From contig OZ024741.1 in NCBI GenBank assembly GCA_964016885.1, positions 257,362,001 through 257,426,000 on the forward strand: DNA of 64,000 bases. Reading direction: 5' to 3'. A program made the translations under genes and the position numbers. The notes under the pieces are model-generated. The model was not told the DNA's origin, searched no databases, and worked only from the letters and a program-made list of their open reading frames with translations. Below, one piece after another: positions 57,901 through 64,000 of this stretch; positions within the stretch are counted from its first letter, which is position 1; the number at the start of each line of letters is the position of its first letter. The DNA is from Eledone cirrhosa (taxonomy: Eukaryota).

Positions 57901-58231
57901 GTTTCGGCTTACGAGTGTTTAGGTGTTTCGGCTTACGTGTGTTTCAACTTACGAGTGTTTCGACTTACGAGTGTTTCGGCTTATGAGTGTTTCGACTTAC
58001 GAGTGCTTCGGCTTACGAGTGTTTCGACTTACGAGTGTTTCGGCTTACGAGTGTTTCGACGTACGAATGTTTTGGCTTACGAGTGTTTCCGCTTATGAGT
58101 GTTTCGACTTAAGTGTGTTTCGACTTACGAGTGTTTCAGTGTTTCGGCTTACGTGTGTTTCGACTTACGAGTGTTTCGACTTACGAGTGTTTCGGCTTAC
58201 GAGTGTTTCGGCTTACGAGTGTTTCGGCTTA

Positions 58232-58968
58232 TATATAAACGTTTCTATTTCCATCGTTTTATCGTAAACGTTTATATATTTCCATCGTTATATCATAACG
58301 TTTATATTTCCGTCACTAATCTCTTTTTCTCCTTTTCCGATTTAACATATATTTATTTCAAAGATTTCACCGTATAGATAACATATATATTTATACATGC
58401 ATAAAAGACACACCGAGAGACGGTGAAAATGTGGTGCCAAAAACATTTCTCATCCAAATCTCAACAATATCAGTATATACACTAGATTTGCTAGCAGAAA
58501 ACCGCCCACCGGGTGGTTTTCTGCTATTCTATATATATAAAACTGAGGATGTCTGTCTGTGTGTGAGTTTGAATCCCTAAAACTCGAGAACCACCCAACC
58601 GACTGTTTTCAATCTTTACACATGTAATACTTATGTTTCAGGGAGTGTTCTGAGCAAAAAATATTTCAAATTTTCAATGCCGTAGGGACCACATTAAGCG
58701 ATTTAGCGATCTCTCTCTATAATTCTTAGTCTTTCTCTTTTTAGATAGATACATACATATAACGTCGTGCCCTTATAATATCTGTCTGTATGTCTGGCTG
58801 TCTGCTTTACGTCACTTCCCTGAGGATGTCTGTGTGTGTGTGTGTGTCTGTGAGTTTGAATCCCTAAAATGCGAGAAGTACCCAACCGATTTTTTTCAAA
58901 CTTTACATGTGTATTACTTATGTTTCAGGGAGTGTTTGTTATGCACATAAAATTCAACCTTTTGATCT
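58232..58968 (+). mobile_element. Cassette copy 16
   Basis: Copy 7-type allele, with a private GCTTTACG variant. Confidence 0.6.
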
Positions 58969-61900
58969 GGTGTTTTGAATTACGAGTGTTTCGATACGAG
59001 TGTTTCGACTTACGAGTGTTCTGACTTACGAGTGTTCTGACTTACGAGCGTTCTGACTTACGAGTGTTCCGACTTACGAGTGTTTCGGCTTACGAGTGTT
59101 TCGACTTACGAGTGTTCTGACTTACGAGTGTTTCGACTTACGAGCGTTCCGACTTACGAGTGTTTCGGCTTACGAGTGTTCCGACTTACGAGTGTTTCGA
59201 ATAACGAGTGTTTCGGCTTACGAGCGTTTCGACTTACGAGTGTTCTGACTTACGAGTGTTCCGACTTACGAGCGTTCCGACTTACGAGTGTTTCGACTTA
59301 CGAGTGTTAAGACTTACGGGTGTTTTGACATACGAGTGTTTCGATACGAGTGTTTCGACTTACGAGTGTTACGAGTGTTCTGACTTACGAGTGTTTCGAC
59401 TTACGAGTGTTCTGACCTACGAGTGTTCTGACTTACGAGTGTTTCGACTTACGAGTGTTTTGACTTACGGGTGTTTCGACTTACGAGTGTTTCGACTTAC
59501 GAGTGTTTCGAGTTACGAGTGTTTCGACTTACGAGTGTTTTGACTTACGAATGTTCTGACTTACGGGTGTTTCGGCTTACGAGTGTTTCGACTTACGAGT
59601 GTTTTAACTTACGGGTGTTTCGACTTACACGTGTTTCGACTTGCGAGTGTTTCGACTTACGAGTATTTCGACTTACGAGTGTTTCGACTTACGAGTGTTC
59701 TGACTTACGGGTGTTCCGACTTACGAGTGTTTCGGCTTACGATTATTTTGACTTACGATTGTTTGGCTTACGAATGTTTCGACTTACGAGTGTTTCGACT
59801 TACGAGTGTTTTGACTTACGGTGTTTCGGCTTACGAGTGTTTCGACTTACGAGTGTTTTGACTTACGGGTGTTTTGACATACGAGTGTTTCGATACGAGT
59901 GTTCTGACTTACGAGTGTTCTGACTTACGAGTGTTCTGACTTACGGGTGTTCTGACTTACGAGTGTTCCGACTTACGAGTGTTTCGGCTTATGAGGGTTT
60001 CGATTTACGAGTGCTTCGGCTTACGAGTGTTTCGACTTACGAGTGTTTCGGCTTACGAGTGTTTCGACTTACGAATGTTTTGACTTACGAGTGTTTCGGC
60101 TTACGAGTGTTTCGACTTACGAGTGTTTCGACTTACGAGTGTTTTGACTTACGGTGTTTCGGCTTACGAGTGTTTCGACATACGAGTGTTTTGACGTACG
60201 GGTGTTTCGACTTACGGGTGTTTCGACTTAAGAGTGTTTCGACTTACGAGCGCTTCGACTTACGAGTGTTTCGACTTACGAGTGTTTCGGCGTATGAGTG
60301 TTTTGACTTACGAGTGTTTCGACTTACGAGTGTTTCGACTTACGAGTGTTTCGACTTACGAGTGTTTCGACTTACGAGTGTTCTGACCTACGAGTGTTCT
60401 GACTTACGAGTGTTTCGGCTTACGAGTGTTTCGAATTATGAAAATAACAAGTAGACGCGGTTTCAAATATCTATGATTTTCAAATTCATTACATTAATCT
60501 GTATTTATACGTTTCACTTTACGAGTGTTTCGGCGTACGAGTGTTTCGACTTACGAGTGTTTTGACTTACGTGTGTTTCGGCTTACGAGTGTTTTGACTT
60601 ACGAGTGTTTTGACTTACGGGTGTTTCGGCTTACGAGTGTTTCGACTTACGAGTGTTCTGACTTACGAGTGTTCCGACTTACGAGCGTTCCGACTTACGA
60701 GTGTTTCGGCTTACGAGTGTTCCGACTTACGAGTGTTTCGACTTACGAGTGTTTTGACTTAAGGTGTTTCGGCTTAACAGTGTTTTGACTTACGAGTGTT
60801 TTGACTTACGGGTGTTTTGACATACGAGTGTTTCGGTACGAGTGTTCTGACTTACGAGTGTTCTGACTTACGAGTGTTCTGACTTACGAGTGGTCTGACT
60901 TACGGGTGTTCTGACTTACGAGTGTTCCGACTTACGAGTGTTTCAGCTTATGAGTGTTTCGACTTACGAGTGCTTCGGTTTACGAGTGTTTCGACTTACG
61001 AGTGTTTTGGCTTACGAGGGTTTCGACTTACGAATGTTTTGGCTTACGGGTGTTTCGGCTTACGAGTGTTTCGGCTTATGAGTGTTTCGACTTACGAGTG
61101 TTTTGACTTATGGTGTTTCGCCTTACGAGTGTTTCGACATACGAGTGTTTTGACTTACGGGTGTTTCGACTTACGGGTGTTTCGACGTAAGAGTGTTTCG
61201 ACTTACGAGCGCTTCGACTTACGAGTGTTTCGACTTACGAGTGTTTCGGCGTACGAGTGTTTTGACTTACGAGTGTTTCGACTTACGAATGTTTCGACTT
61301 ACGAGTGTTCCTACTTACGAGTGTTTCGACTTACGAGTGTTTCGACTTGCGAGTATTTCGACTTGCGAGTGTTTCGACTTACGAGTGTTTCGACTTACGA
61401 GTGTTCTGACTTACGAGTGTTCTGACTTACGAATGTTCTGACTTACGGGTGTTTCGCCTTACGAGTGTTTCGACTTACGAGTGTTTTAACTTACGGGTGT
61501 TTCGACTTACGCGTGTTTCGACTTACGAGTGTTTCGACTTACGAATGTTCCGACTTACGAGTGTTTCTACTTACGAGTGTTTCGGCTTACGAGTGTTTCG
61601 ACTTACGAAAATAACAAATAGACGCGGTTTCAAATATCTATGCTTTTCAAATTCATTACATTAATCGTTATTAATACGTTTCGCTTTACGAGTGTTTCGG
61701 CTTACGAGTGTTTAGGTGTTTCGGCTTACGTGTGTTTCAACTTACGAGTGTTTCGACTTACGAGTGTTTCGGCTTATGAGTGTTTCGACTTACGAGTGCT
61801 TCGGCTTACGAGTGTTTCGACTTACGAGTGTTTCGGCTTACGAGTGTTTCGACGTACGAATGTTTTGGCTTACGAGTGTTTCCGCTTATGAGTGTTTCGA

Positions 61901-62024
61901 CTTAAGAGTGTTTCGACTTACGAGTGTTTCAGTGTTTCGGCTTACGTGTGTTTCGACTTACGAGTGTTTCGACTTACGAGTGTTTCGGCTTACGAGTGTT
62001 TCGGCTTACGAGTGTTTCGGCTTA

Positions 62025-62761
62025 TATATAAACGTTTCTATTTCCATCGTTTTATCGTAAACGTTTATATATTTCCATCGTTATATCATAACGTTTATAT
62101 TTCCGTCACTAATCTCTTTTTCTCCTTTTCCGATTTAACATATATTTATTTCAAAGATTTCACCGTATAGATAACATATATATTTATACATGCATAAAAG
62201 ACACACCGAGAGACGGTGAAAATGTGGTGCCAAAAACATTTCTCATCCAAATCTCAACAATATCAGTATATACACTAGATTTGCTAGCAGAAAACCGCCC
62301 ACCGGGTGGTTTTCTGCTATTCTATATATATAAAACTGAGGATGTCTGTCTGTGTGTGAGTTTGAATCCCTAAAACTCGAGAACCACCCAACCGACTGTT
62401 TTCAATCTTTACACATGTAATACTTATGTTTCAGGGAGTGTTCTGAGCAAAAAATATTTCAAATTTTCAATGCCGTAGGGACCACATTAAGCGATTTAGC
62501 GATCTCTCTCTATAATTCTTAGTCTTTCTCTTTTTAGATAGATACATACATATAACGTCGTGCCCTTATAATATCTGTCTGTATGTCTGGCTGTCTGCAT
62601 TACGTCACTTCCCTGAGGATGTCTGTGTGTGTGTGTGTGTCTGTGAGTTTGAATCCCTAAAATGCGAGAAGTACCCAACCGATTTTTTTCAAACTTTACA
62701 TGTGTATTACTTATGTTTCAGGGAGTGTTTGTTATGCACATAAAATTCAACCTTTTGATCT
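62025..62761 (+). mobile_element. Cassette copy 17
   Basis: Copy 7-type allele. Confidence 0.6.
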
Positions 62762-64000
62762 GGTGTTTTGAATTACGAGTGTTTCGATACGAGTGTTTCG
62801 ACTTACGAGTGTTCTGACTTACGAGTGTTCTGACTTACGAGCGTTCTGACTTACGAGTGTTCCGACTTACGAGTGTTTCGGCTTACGAGTGTTTCGACTT
62901 ACGAGTGTTCTGACTTACGAGTGTTTCGACTTACGAACGTTCCGACTTACGAGTGTTTCGCCTTACGAGTGTTCCGACTTACGAGTGTTTCGAATAACGA
63001 GTGTTTCGGCTTACGAGCGTTTCGACTTACGAGTGTTCTGACTTACGAGTGTTCCGACTTACGAGCGTTCCGACTTACGAGTGTTTCGACTTACGAGTGT
63101 TAAGACTTACGGGTGTTTTGACATACGAGTGTTTCGATACGAGTGTTTCGACTTACGAGTGTTACGAGTGTTCTGACTTACGAGTGTTTCGACTTACGAG
63201 TGTTCTGACCTACGAGTGTTCTGACTTACGAGTGTTTCGACTTACGAGTGTTTTGACTTACGGGTGTTTCGACTTACGAGTGTTTCGACTTACGAGTGTT
63301 TCGAGTTACGAGTGTTTCGACTTACGAGTGTTTTGACTTACGAATGTTCTGACTTACGAGTGTTCCGACTTACGAGCGTTCCGACTTACGAGTGTTTCGA
63401 CTTACGAGTGTTAAGACTTACGGGTGTTTTGACATACGAGTGTTTCGATACGAGTGTTTCGACTTACGAGTGTTACGAGTGTTCTGACTTACGAGTGTTT
63501 CGACTTACGAGTGTTCTGACCTACGAGTGTTCTGACTTACGAGTGTTTCGACTTACGAGTGTTTTGACTTACGGGTGTTTCGACTTACGAGTGTTTCGAC
63601 TTACGAGTGTTTCGAGTTAAGAGTGTTTCGACTTACGAGTGTTTTGACTTACGAATGTTCTGACTTACGGGTGTTTCGGCTTACGAGTGTTTCGACTTAC
63701 GAGTGTTTTAACTTACGGGTGTTTCGACTTACACGTGTTTCGACTTGCGAGTGTTTCGACTTACGAGTATTTCGACTTACGAGTGTTTCGACTTACGAGT
63801 GTTCTGACTTACGGGTGTTCCGACTTACGAGTGTTTCGGCTTACGATTATTTTGACTTACGATTGTTTGGCTTACGAATGTTTCGACTTACGAGTGTTTC
63901 GACTTACGAGTGTTTTGACTTACGGTGTTTCGGCTTACGAGTGTTTCGACTTACGAGTGTTTTGACTTACGGGTGTTTTGACATACGAGTGTTTCGATAC

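Larger units (their letters stand above)
1..64000. repeat. 16-bp satellite array, consensus GACTTACGAGTGTTTC, interrupted by cassettes; runs off both window ends
   Basis: Monomer is directly visible throughout in one orientation. Recurrent variants include TTTCGG, TTCTGA, TTTTGA, TTCCGA, TACGGG, TACGAA and truncated units (TTCGATACG, GTGTTACGAG). Confidence 0.99.

Noticed and set aside
930-62761. 17 independent transposon insertions into the satellite
   Set aside because: Identical junctions, orientation and flanking variant order show co-amplification of one ancestral unit.
3-63965. Hundreds of plus-strand ORFs with repeating FRLTSVSTYECFDLRV
   Set aside because: Three 16-bp monomers give a 16-aa period that is the same in all three frames. 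The consensus simply lacks stop codons, starts are mostly GTG/TTG, and frameshifting truncated monomers are frequent.
1-64000. CRISPR array
   Set aside because: Monomers abut without unique spacers, the interruptions are themselves identical repeats, and there are no cas genes.
1-64000. Telomeric repeat or pure assembly artefact
   Set aside because: The heterogeneous, internally interrupted higher-order structure is unlike telomerase-made repeats. Private SNPs and indels distinguish most units, although exact copy number still needs read validation.

Overview
The whole 64 kb window is non-coding eukaryotic-type satellite DNA; no real protein-coding gene is supported. It is a single-orientation array of a 16-bp monomer (consensus GACTTACGAGTGTTTC), broken every ~3.1-7.3 kb by 17 near-identical ~737-bp non-satellite cassettes. 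From ~22.9 kb onward it also carries 9 pairs of a ~77-bp AT-rich insert. Each cassette holds a 16-bp-arm hairpin ending ...CTGCTAT, directly followed by TCTATATATATAAAA, GTCT/GT microsatellite and a duplicated ~110-bp core. This looks like a Helitron 3' end joined to a Helitron 5' end. My leading interpretation, which is inference and not database-confirmed, is a head-to-tail tandem array of non-autonomous Helitron-like elements whose internal 16-bp repeat has expanded to kilobases. The array is further organised into ~7.07-kb and ~6.2-kb higher-order repeats, with visible recombination scars. The ORF track is an artefact of the repeats.
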